From contig CAVWHF010000004.1 in the NCBI GenBank assembly GCA_963754755.1, forward strand, positions 781,357 through 845,356: a stretch of DNA of 64,000 bases. The letters are read 5' to 3'. Positions 48,696 to 58,400 of this stretch are shown one piece after another (the first letter of the stretch is position 1; each line of letters opens with the position of its first letter). This DNA is from an uncultured Acidimicrobiaceae bacterium (GTDB taxonomy: Bacteria; Actinomycetota; Acidimicrobiia; Acidimicrobiales; RAAP-2). The translations under genes were made by a program, and so were the position numbers. The notes below the pieces were generated by a model. That model saw only the letters and a list, made by a program, of their open reading frames with translations, searched no databases and was not told where the DNA came from.

Positions 48696-48740
48696 TCCCG
48701 AATGGTACTCCGGCCCCGATATCCCGGGCCGCAGGCCCCG

Positions 48741-49751
48741 CTATCCGTGCCCGGCGGTCCAGGCCAGGAAGTCGTGCAGGGGCAGGGTGTTCATCACCCT
48801 GTCCACCGGGACGCCCACCTTGGCCGCCTGTTCGCAGCCGTTGCGCTGCCACTCGAGCTGGCCCGGGGCGTGAGCATCGGTGTCCACCACCACCATGCAG
48901 CCCAGGGACAACGCCAACTCCAGCAGCGGTTCGGGCGGGTCGAGGCGCTCCGGCCTGGAGTTGATCTCGACGGCGGTGCCGTTCGCCGCGCACGCCCCAA
49001 AGACCACCTCGGCGTCGAAGGTGGAAGGTGGACGGCCCTTCCCCACCACGATCCGACCGGTGCAGTGGCCCAGAATGTCGGTGTGGGGGCTCTCCACGGC
49101 CCGGAGCATCCGCCTGGTCATCTCCGGCCCCTCCATGCGCAGCTTCGAATGCACGCTGGCCACCACCACGTCGAGCCGGGCCAGCAGTGCCTCGTCCTGG
49201 TCGAGGGCCCCGTCGACCAGGATGTCGACCTCGATACCGGTGAGGATGCGGAAGGGGGCCAACTCGTCGTTGAGCTCGGCCACGACGTCGAGCTGGAGGC
49301 GCAGACGGTCGGCGTCGAGTCCGTGGGCGACGGTCAGTCGGGGACTGTGGTCGGTGAGGGCCCAGTAGTCGTGGCCGTACTCCCTGGCCGCCTCGGCCAT
49401 CTCCCCGATGGGGGATCCCCCGTCCGACCAGTCGGAGTGGCTGTGGCAGTCCCCCCGGAGCCGGCCGAACAGTTCGGCCGCCGCCGCGCTCATGGCCGGC
49501 GGGGCGGCGGCCTCCAGCCGGGCCAGGTACTCGGGCACGTCGCCGGCCGTCGCCTCGCCGATGACCTGGGCACTGGTCTTCCCGACATCGGGGATCCTCT
49601 GCAGCCGGGCCGGGGTCATGGCGGCCAGCTCGTCGACGGGCAGGTCGGCGATGGCGGCGGCGGCCTTGCGGAAGGCCCGGACCTTGTAGGACTCGGCACC
49701 GTCCCGCTCGAGGAGGTAGGCGATCCGGCGGAGAGCCCCGGTCGGATCCAC
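48741..49751 (-). CDS. PHP-domain phosphoesterase with PolX-like N-terminal helix-hairpin-helix domains (no polymerase palm)
   Basis: The N-terminus LRRIAYLLERDGAESYKVRAFRKAAAAI and LQRIPDVGKTSAQVI resemble the PolX 8-kDa/fingers HhH domains. PHP motifs follow directly: GDCHSHSDWSDG, ALTDHS, GIEVDI, SVHS, GHCTG, DTDAH. Confidence 0.8.
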   Translation of the reverse strand: MDPTGALRRIAYLLERDGAESYKVRAFRKAAAAIADLPVDELAAMTPARLQRIPDVGKTSAQVIGEATAGDVPEYLARLEAAAPPAMSAAAAELFGRLRGDCHSHSDWSDGGSPIGEMAEAAREYGHDYWALTDHSPRLTVAHGLDADRLRLQLDVVAELNDELAPFRILTGIEVDILVDGALDQDEALLARLDVVVASVHSKLRMEGPEMTRRMLRAVESPHTDILGHCTGRIVVGKGRPPSTFDAEVVFGACAANGTAVEINSRPERLDPPEPLLELALSLGCMVVVDTDAHAPGQLEWQRNGCEQAAKVGVPVDRVMNTLPLHDFLAWTAGHG

Positions 49752-49754
49752 CGG

Positions 49755-50766
49755 TCAGGCCTTCTTGGCCCGACTGGGGGACACCCGGGGTGGCTCGTCG
49801 GGCTGTTTAGGGTACTCCGGTGGCCACGGGGCATCGTGGAGGCCGTCGGCCCGGTCCCGTGCCGCCAGGTCCAACAGGGGCTGGAGTGACTGGGGCTCGG
49901 AGGCGATGGCCGACCAGGGGTCCCCTCGCTGGTCGAGCAACTCGGGGACCGACAGGATGGTCAGCTCCTCGGGGTCGACGGTGTCCACCTCGTCCCAGGA
50001 CAGGGGGGTGGAGACCTGGCCACCCACCCGCGGCCGGGCGAACCAGGCCCCGAAGACGGTCTTGTGGGGGGCGTTCTGGTTGAAGTCGACGAAGATCCGC
50101 TCACCCCGCTCCTCCTTCCACCAGTTGGCGGTGATCAGGTCGGGATGGCGCCGCTCGAGCTCCCGGGCCAGCGCCACCGCCCCGGACCGCACCTCGAAGC
50201 TGTCCCAGCGCGGCTCGAGCCGGGCGTAGACGTGGAGGCCCCGATTGCCGGTGGTCTTGGGGTAGGCCGGTGACGCCCAGCTCGGCCAGCAGGGCGTGCA
50301 CGCAGACCGCCGCCGCCCGGATCTCGCCGAAGGAGGTGCCCGGCTGCGGGTCGAGGTCGATGCGGAGCTCGTCGGCGTGGCCCGGGTCGTCCGCCCGGTA
50401 GGGCCACAGGTGGAGACCGAGGCACCCCAGGTTCACGGCCCACAGGACGTGGGCGACGTCGGCGACGACCAGGGCGTTGGAGGTGGTCCCGTTGGGGGTG
50501 GTGACCACGGTGGTCTGCAGCCAGTCCGGGGCCCCGGCCGGCACCCGCTTCTGGAAGAAGGACTTCCCCCCGGCTCCGTCGGGGAACCGCTGGAGCATGG
50601 CCGGCCGGCCGAAGGCGGTGACCTCCAGCGCTTCGGCCACGGCCACGTAGTAGGAGGCCAGCTCGAACTTGGTGGCACCGAGCTCGGGGAAGTAGATCTT
50701 GTCCGGGTTGGAGATCTCGACGGTCCGGCCCGAGACCTCGATGGATCGGACCTCTTTGGCGGGCAC
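49755..50766 (-). pseudogene. Prim-Pol / LigD-polymerase-domain protein (PolDom), frame-disrupted as sequenced
   Basis: VEISNPDKIYFPE, LQRFPDG and RIDLDPQPG are in ORF 50101..50766. YPKTTGNRGLHVYARL... and IFVDFNQN are in the frame of ORF 49755..50192. An extra C near 50265-50270 causes the shift. Confidence 0.8.
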
Positions 50767-50921
50767 GGACCCACGCTATCCGGCCCGACCACGGCGATCA
50801 CCTCCCGGAGGTTGTCGCCCCTCGGGGGCTGGGGTCCGGGCGCCGGTCCCGACTCGGCGCCAACAGATCTGTATCCTCGGGCCATGGACCCGACCGGTGA
50901 CGAGAGACGCAGCGCCCGGGA

Positions 50922-51575
50922 GTGGCCGTGACCAGGGAGGGGCTCGTCGGGTGGACGGGATGGGACCTGCGCACGGGCGCCAACGCCGACCCCGACGCCG
51001 CCCGGCAGTTCGCCCGATCAGCGCCCGGTGACCCCGCCTCCGGTGGTCGCTATGAGCTCCTGGCCGTGGCGGCACGGGGCTTCCGCCCCCCGGCGTTCCT
51101 GAGCGCGACCCAGGCCGGTGGCGGAGCGGGCGCCGCCAAGGTCGCCCAGGAGCCGGACCAGCCGGGGTTGCGGCGGACGTGGTCACTGCTCTACCGAACG
51201 GTGGCCGAGACCGCCCCGGCCGAGGTCGTCCCCTTCGCCATCTACCTGTTGGGCGTCAATCCCCCGAGTGACGCCACCGAGGACGAGCTCGTGGTCTTCA
51301 ACGACTTCTACACCGACGTCCACCTCCCCGAGGTGGCCGAGCGGCGCCACGCCCTCCGCGCCGTCCGGTACGAGCTGGTGGAGGCGGTCCGATCGCCCTA
51401 TCAGGGGGCTCCCCGGTTTCTGGCCGCCTACGAGGTCGACGAGGAGTCGGCGGCAAACCGTCGGCACTCGGGGCCCCCGTACGCCACCGGCCCCGAGGTC
51501 TGGCAACGGCACAAGACCCCGTGGCGCCTCTGGTACCGCCGGCTGGACCCTGAAGCGGTGCCGGGACCGGCCTGA
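50922..51575 (+). CDS. Hypothetical protein (possible small alpha/beta-barrel, EthD/DUF4286-like)
   Basis: Only the C-terminal ~124 codons look coding (from GTG 51201: AETAPAEVVPFAIYLLGV...FNDFYTDVHLPEV...). Confidence 0.45.
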   Translation: MAVTREGLVGWTGWDLRTGANADPDAARQFARSAPGDPASGGRYELLAVAARGFRPPAFLSATQAGGGAGAAKVAQEPDQPGLRRTWSLLYRTVAETAPAEVVPFAIYLLGVNPPSDATEDELVVFNDFYTDVHLPEVAERRHALRAVRYELVEAVRSPYQGAPRFLAAYEVDEESAANRRHSGPPYATGPEVWQRHKTPWRLWYRRLDPEAVPGPA

Positions 51576-51611
51576 CCGGGGCCGCCGACCCGCGTTCCGA
51601 TCCGGGAGGGA

Positions 51612-52127
51612 TCACTCACGCTCCGGACTGCAGACGTCCTCGGCTGTGCTCGTGTCACCGTCCCCGAGGCGATCGGTCAACCGGTCGACAAAGGCGACCT
51701 GGGTCTTGATCAGCTTGACTCGGGCCGTCGCCGCGGACACCCATTCGGCCTTGTCCACCTCCGGGAACGACTGTTTTCGACCTGACCTCGGGGGCCACTC
51801 CAGTTCGAACTGGTTGCTCACCAGCTGGTCGACCTGGAGGTGCGGCGCCTCGACCGCCCACACCGTGACCAGCTTCCCGCTCGCCTGCCTAACCTGGCCC
51901 AGGTCGATCCGGGGCCCGGCAGGGGCCGGCACACCGATCTCCTCGGCGAACTCACGCTCGGCGGCCACGGACGCTTCCTCGCCGTCGCCGTACTCTCCCT
52001 TGGCCACGGACCAGGCTCCCTCCTCTTTCCCGACCCAGAAGGGTCCCCCGGGGTGGACGACGAAGAGTTCGAGCGTCCCGTCCGTGCCGATGCGAAAGGG
52101 AAGCAGTCCGGCACTTCGCTTGGGCAT
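51612..52127 (-). CDS. NUDIX hydrolase
   Basis: The Nudix box is GEYGDGEEASVAAEREFAEEIGV. Confidence 0.85.
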   Translation of the reverse strand: MPKRSAGLLPFRIGTDGTLELFVVHPGGPFWVGKEEGAWSVAKGEYGDGEEASVAAEREFAEEIGVPAPAGPRIDLGQVRQASGKLVTVWAVEAPHLQVDQLVSNQFELEWPPRSGRKQSFPEVDKAEWVSAATARVKLIKTQVAFVDRLTDRLGDGDTSTAEDVCSPERE

Positions 52128-52463
52128 GGGCCCGCTCCTCCTCTCCCGCCCCCTGGTGCAGCTCGCTCGGGATCATTCGGATCTGGTCACGATCGCACGG
52201 CGTACCATTTGTAGTCGAATACTCCCTACCTGCGTGTTCGCTGACCCAGATGCAAAATCTGCCCTACCAGCCGGACCCCTACGCTTCGGCGTTCGTCACG
52301 GCGGCGGGTTCACCGGTGACTGGATTGCAGGCCGTGACACGACTGTCGGCGAGCGGAGCCGGAACCTGGCTGGACGTATCATGTCCACTCCCCGGTGGAC
52401 TGTCGGAAGTGGGCGGGGGCGATCGGGGTGGGACAGGCCGCTCGAGGTGAAGGTGATGCTGCG

Positions 52464-54059
52464 ATGACGACAATCTCGGGAGGGTCCACACTCGGCGGCC
52501 GTTACGTTCTCACCACCCTGATCGCCAGTGGCGGCATGGGCGACGTCTGGAGAGCCACCGACCAGCGCCTTCGTCGCCAAGTCGCCGTGAAGGTGCTGCG
52601 GAGTGAGTTCGCTCTCGACGAGGTGACCCGCCGGCGGTTTCGAATTGAGGCGCAAGCGGCGGCGAGCTTGACGTCATCAGGGATTGCTTCGGTCTACGAC
52701 TACGGCGAAGAGGTCGGCACGGACGGCGTTCAGCAGGCCTACATCGTGATGGAGCTCGTCCATGGCGAATCCCTCGAGGAACGCGTCCACAGGGAAGTTC
52801 GACTCGGGGTACCGCAGACGCTCGATATCATCGCCCAGGCAGCCTCTGCCCTCCAGGTTGCGCACGATCGTGACCTCGTACACCGAGATATCAAGCCGGC
52901 CAACCTCCTGCTCCGGACGGATGGGGTCGTAAAGCTCACCGATTTCGGTATCGTGCGAGTCCTCGACTCGACGTCGCTCACGCAGACGGGAATCATGGTC
53001 GGCACGGTGCGGTATATGTCGCCGGAACAGCTCTCCGGACACACCGCCACACCGGCGTCGGATGTCTACGCCCTGGGTGTCGTCGCCTATTTCTGCGTTG
53101 CCGGCCATACACCGTTCAACTACGAAGAGTCGATGGCGGTCGCCATGGCCCACGTGCACGACCCGCTGCCGCCGATGCCTCCGGACGTTCCGCCTGAAGT
53201 GGCGGAGTTCATCTCACAGATGCTGGCCAAGGACCCCGGTCAACGCCCGCCTACCGCAACCGATGTGTCGTTGCGGGCGTCAGCCTTGAAGGTCGCCGCG
53301 CCGGTAGCCGCTTCGACGCAGCGACAAGAGCGTCGTGCTCCGGCGTTGGTTCGAGCCGGCGACACGACCAGGAGGATGGTCGGCGGCCCCGTACCCGCCA
53401 AAGGCGTTGCTTCCGAGCCGACACAGACCGATAGCCCGCCCACCGCGGTCTTGTCGGTTCCTCCGGGAACCGACGACCCGCGGAAGGGCCGGCGCCGACG
53501 AGGACCGTGGGTGTTGATCTCGACCTTGGTGGTGGTGGTCACGGTGGCAACGGTTTTTTGGCTCGGAGCTGGGCCGACACCCGTGCAGGTGCCACGCCTG
53601 ACTGGCCTGACGACCAGCGCAGCACTGGCACGGGTGGACCAGCTCGGGCTGCGGGCCAACAGGCGTCTTGTCGATGTGGACCAGAGGGCGGGGCGAGTGG
53701 TATCGCAGATGCCCAGAGGAGGCACCTCGGTACCGGCAGGCTCGCACGTACGCCTTACCATCGCTTCCGGTTATGTAACGGTTGAGGTTGCGGCCCTGCA
53801 GGGTCAGTCGGCCGCGCAGGTGGCGGCGGCGCTCTCGTCGCTGGGCCTCAAGCCGGTCCAGACGACAGTGGTCTCGACCACTGTGCCGGGCACCGTCGCT
53901 TCGATCTCTCCCGGCGGTCGGGTCCGATTGGGCACTCCCGTCGTCATAGCGGTTGCGGTGGCCCCTCCGCCTCTGACCACGACCACAACCACGACGAGTG
54001 CGGGAACCAACGGGACACCTCCCTCCCATGACAAGCATGCGAAGGGGAACGACCACTAG
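52464..54059 (+). CDS. Ser/Thr protein kinase with TM helix and two extracellular PASTA domains
   Basis: Starts at ATG 52464 within ORF 52395..54059. Kinase motifs are GGMGDVWRA, VAVK, HRDIKPANLL, DFG and SPEQ. Two PASTA-like repeats follow the TM helix. Confidence 0.9.
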   Translation: MTTISGGSTLGGRYVLTTLIASGGMGDVWRATDQRLRRQVAVKVLRSEFALDEVTRRRFRIEAQAAASLTSSGIASVYDYGEEVGTDGVQQAYIVMELVHGESLEERVHREVRLGVPQTLDIIAQAASALQVAHDRDLVHRDIKPANLLLRTDGVVKLTDFGIVRVLDSTSLTQTGIMVGTVRYMSPEQLSGHTATPASDVYALGVVAYFCVAGHTPFNYEESMAVAMAHVHDPLPPMPPDVPPEVAEFISQMLAKDPGQRPPTATDVSLRASALKVAAPVAASTQRQERRAPALVRAGDTTRRMVGGPVPAKGVASEPTQTDSPPTAVLSVPPGTDDPRKGRRRRGPWVLISTLVVVVTVATVFWLGAGPTPVQVPRLTGLTTSAALARVDQLGLRANRRLVDVDQRAGRVVSQMPRGGTSVPAGSHVRLTIASGYVTVEVAALQGQSAAQVAAALSSLGLKPVQTTVVSTTVPGTVASISPGGRVRLGTPVVIAVAVAPPPLTTTTTTTSAGTNGTPPSHDKHAKGNDH

Positions 54060-54393
54060 GCGCATCGGAACATCACCGTGGAGTGCTTAGCCCCGGTGGC
54101 CGGGTGGATCGACATCCACCGACGGCCATCCCGTCACGGGATGACGGTCGAGGTGACGGTGTACCTCACTCCCGTCCCATGGACCGGCATCCGGCCAGTT
54201 CGCCCGCCACCTGACGACGAGCTTCCCGATCATCGGGTGCTCCACGGAGCATCCACTTGACCCAATTTCGATTGTGTATCGTGAGTCACCTTGAACCTCA
54301 TCTACGACCTGTGAGCTGGGATGCGAACCGCCTCTTGCTTTGCCCAGCCCTGAGATCCTGTCGAAGTGACCGTCGTCCGCGTAACCTCGGTGC

Positions 54394-54963
54394 GTGACCC
54401 CGAGCACTCCGCAACCACCCGGTCAGAGCGTCCTCCGACTGCGCATCCAGTTGAACGACGTCCACCCGGTGGTCTGGAGACGGGTGCTGGTGCCCGGTGC
54501 TGTGCGGATGGCCAAGCTGAGCGAGATGCTGCTGGCTGCCATGGGCTGGACCAACTCCCATCTTCACGCGTTCGAAGCGGGCGAAATGCGCTATGGGATG
54601 TGCTTCGACGATTACCCCGAGGGGGAGATCGATGAGAAGACCGTGACCGTGCTCCAGGCCCTGCGGGAGGAGCGGCGCTTCGCCTATGAATACGACTTCG
54701 GCGACAGCTGGGAGCACGACGTGGTCATTGAGGACCTGACCTGGCCGTATCTGGGGCTGAAGTTCGGCGTGTGCATCGACGGCCAGAATGCCTGCCCGCC
54801 GGAGGACGTCGGTGGCGTTCCCGGCTATGAGGACTTCCTCGAAGCCATCGCCGATCCCGAGGACGAGGAGCACGACCACTACCTCGAGTGGGTGGGGGGC
54901 TCCTTCAACGCCACCGAGTTCGACCTGGCTGCGGCCAACGCCGCCCTCCAGCGGATCCGCTGA
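54394..54963 (+). CDS. Plasmid pRiA4b ORF-3-like family protein
   Basis: The typical family blocks are present: LRIQLNDVHPVVWRRVLVP, LHAF, YEYDFGDSWEH, CPPEDVGG. Confidence 0.8.
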   Translation: MTPSTPQPPGQSVLRLRIQLNDVHPVVWRRVLVPGAVRMAKLSEMLLAAMGWTNSHLHAFEAGEMRYGMCFDDYPEGEIDEKTVTVLQALREERRFAYEYDFGDSWEHDVVIEDLTWPYLGLKFGVCIDGQNACPPEDVGGVPGYEDFLEAIADPEDEEHDHYLEWVGGSFNATEFDLAAANAALQRIR

Positions 54964-55427
54964 CCCCACGTGGTCCGCTTTCCGGCCCCCTTGGCCCGGG
55001 TGCCGGCCAGGCGACGGCGCTCGGTCCCGACCTCCATGATGTAGCCGCCGTCGAAGCGGCCCGGGCCGGCTTGGGCAGGCGGGTGGATTGGTACCCCGCT
55101 CCGCCGGCCCAGTTGCCGCCCGTTCTCAGCTGGCCCCCGCTGAGCCCGGCCAACACTTCAGTGGCCGAGCACCGACGGAAGTTCGAAGCGGCTGGTACGC
55201 AGGTTCATCTATGACCCCCGTCACCACTGAATGGGGTTTTCCGGGTGCTCAACGTGGTGCCAGGCTCCCGCGGGCGACAGCGCAAGCGGACGCCGGAACA
55301 CGGTCGAGCACTCATCCCGACAAGATGTCCGGGCAATCGCTTCACCCGAAGCTCGATTCAGCCACTCTCTGGCACCGAAAACCGATGCCTGCGTAGGATT
55401 GTGCTGCGTCGGCGGAAGGAGTGCGGG

Positions 55428-58400
55428 ATGACCACCGAAAACGTGGCGATCCTGTTCACGGACATCGTGGGTTCGACCGAATTGTCGCAGCGCCTCATTC
55501 CGGAAGCGGCCGACAAGGTCCGCCGGGACCACTTCTCAATCCTGCGTCGGGCCATTGCGGAAACGGGTGGTACCGAGGTCAAGAACCTCGGCGACGGTCT
55601 GATGGTGGTCTTCTCCTCGGCTTCGGCAGCCTTGTCGTGTGCAGTGGCCATGCAGCAAGGCGTCGAACGCGACAACAGCGACCGCGGCTACTCGATGGGC
55701 CTGCGCATCGGGTTGAGCGGGGGCGAGGTGACCCGGGAAGACGCCGACTACTTCGGAGACCCCGTGATCGAGGCAGCCAGGCTCTGTGCAACCAGCAACG
55801 GCGGCCAGATCCTGGTCGCGGACGTGGTGCGAGCGATGGCCGGTCGCCGAAGCCGTCACCGGCTACTTGGTGTGGGTTCGCTGGCCCTCAAGGGCCTACC
55901 GGAGCCAGTAGAGACCATGGAAGTTACGTGGGAGCCCCTCAGAACAGTCCCCGGCAACGATGTGCCTCTGCCCGGACGTGTGGGCGCACTTCCCTCGGTG
56001 GGAGTAGTCGGGCGGGCAGTCGAGGTTGAGGCGATGGCCGCCGCTGTCAAGCGCGTAGTCGATGGTGGCGGGCGGGAGGTGGTGCTCATCTCGGGTGAGG
56101 CCGGAGTGGGCAAGACCACTGTGGCGGGTGAGGCAGCACGGGCCGCCTTCGATGATGGGGCCTGCGTGCTTTTCGGCCACTGCGAAGAGGACCTCGCCAC
56201 CCCGTACCGGCTCTTCGCCGAGGCGCTCGGGCACTATGTCGCCCACGCCCCCGAAGAACGACTCCTGACTCATGTGGAATCTCACGGATCCGAACTGACC
56301 CGGTTGGTCCCGGCCCTGGCCCGCAGGTTGCCAGACCTTCCACCCTCGACGGCCACCGATGCCGACACCGAGCGCTACCTTCTCTTCGGTGCAGCAGTCG
56401 ATCTGCTGGCCATGGCCTCGCAGGACCAGCCCGTCATCCTCGTCTTTGACGACCTGCAGTGGGCGGACAAGGGAAGCCTGCTTCTGCTGCGCCATCTGGT
56501 TGCCACTGATCTTCCGATGCAGGTCCTCGTGCTGGGTACCTTTCGCGACAGCGAGCTGTCCTACTCACACGCCCTCCTTGACACCTTGGGTGCGCTGCAT
56601 CGACAGAGCGGAGTGACCCGCGTGGAACTCACCGGGCTCGATGACGCCGGCGTGGTCTCGCTCATGGAGGCCGCGGCCGGCCACACCCTCGACGACACCG
56701 GAGTCGGCCTCGCCCACGCGCTCTACCGCGAGACCGATGGCAACCCGTTCTTCGTCAGCGAGGTGCTGCGGCACCTCTCCGAGACGGGATCCATCTATCA
56801 GGACGCAAACGGGCGGTGGTTGGCGGTCGCGTCGCTCGAAGTGATCGCTCTACCCGAAAGCGTGCGCGTGGTCATCGGCGGCCGAGTGGGACGATTGGGT
56901 CCCGAGGCTCAGCGGGTCCTGGCCCAGGCCGCTGTCATCGGTCAAGACTTCGATCTCGATGTCCTCGCCCGGTCCACTGGAGTTCCCGAGGACCAGCTGC
57001 TCGACATACTGGACAGGGCGGCCGCCGCCGCCCTGGTGAGAGAACGGTTGGACGCTCCCGGTCAGTACCGGTTCGCCCATGCACTCATTCAGCGGACCCT
57101 CTACGAGGACCTCGGGCCCACCCGCAGAGCCCGAGCGCACAGGAGAGCGGGTGAGGCTCTGGAAGCCATTTACGGGGAGCGCAACGGAGCCCACATCGGG
57201 GAGCTCGCCCACCACTGGTTCAGCGCCACCCAACCCGTCGACGTCACCAAGGCCATCGTGTACTCACGTCGAGCGGCCGAGGCCGCCCTGGCGGCATTGG
57301 CCCCGGACGAAGCTGTCCACTACTTCTCGCAGGCTCTCCAACTACTCGGACAAGAACGTGAACCCGATCCCCTCCTCGAGGTCGATCTGCTCATCGGCCT
57401 GGGGAGCGCCCAGCGGCAGGCTGGGCTCTCCTCCTTCCGCGAGACCCTGCTCGACGCGGCCCGCCTGGCCCAGGCCCTCGGGGCCACCGAACGTCTCGTG
57501 GCCGCGGCGCTGGCCAACAATCGCGGCCTGTTCAGCTCACTTGGCGTGGTCGATGGCGAAAAAGTGCAGGTGCTCGAGGCGGTGCTGGAAGCGATGCCGC
57601 CGGACGACAGCAACGAGCGTGCCCTCCTTCTTGCCACCCTGTGCAATGAACTCACCCACGGAAGGCCACTGGAGGAACGACGTGGCCTGGCGAACAGGGC
57701 CAAGGACATGGCGCGACGACTGGCCGATCCAGCCACCATCGTGCAGGTCCTCAACCTTGTCGAGCAGCCACTTGAGGCTCCGCCCACGCTCCACGAACGC
57801 GTAGCCGACACCAACGAAGCCCTGATGCTGGCTGAGACCCTCGGCGATCCCTACCACCACTACTTTGCCGCGGTCTATCGGCGAATCAGTGCAGCGGCCG
57901 CCGGAGATCGGCAAACGGCGTTGAGCTGTCTTGACCTCATGCAGTCGCTGAGCCAGAGGCTCCGGCAGCCGATTCTGATGTGGATTACCACCTTTCACGA
58001 GGCTGCCCAGGCTCTCATAGCCGGTGACCCTGAACGGGCAGAAGCCCTTTCGACCGAGGCGTTGCAGATCGGGACTGAATGTGGCCAGCCCGATGCCCTC
58101 TCCTTCTACGGCTCTCAGATGGTGATCATCCGCCATGAACAGGGGCGGCTGGGAGAACTCCTGCCCGTGATCGAAGCAGTCGCCGCCGAGACCGGCATGC
58201 CCGGCTACAAGGGCGCACTCGCTGCTTCCTATTTGGATGCGGATGGGGAACCCGATGCCGTTGCCCTACTTGAGGCTGCCGTGTCGGAGGGGTTCGCATC
58301 GCTTCTCGTCGGCATCGGGTGGCTCGAAGCTGTCACCGCTTATGCTCAGGTGGCCATCGAACTGCATCACGCGGAAGCCGCCGCCATCTTGTTCGATATG

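Noticed and set aside
46599-49889. 1,096-aa plus-strand ORF, the longest in the track
   Set aside because: Most of it is antisense to the well-supported LigC and PHP genes. It has an Arg/Gly/Pro-rich composition typical of off-frame reading in high-GC DNA. Only about 260 nt (roughly 46980-47240) carries real sequence, the middle part of the FEN gene.
54964-55427. Possible gene remnant in the 465-bp gap before the cyclase gene (for example the minus-strand frame reading ...RFDGGYIMEVGTERRRLAG...)
   Set aside because: The stretch is short, no family could be recognised by eye, and no start or stop context is evident. It cannot be supported without a database search.
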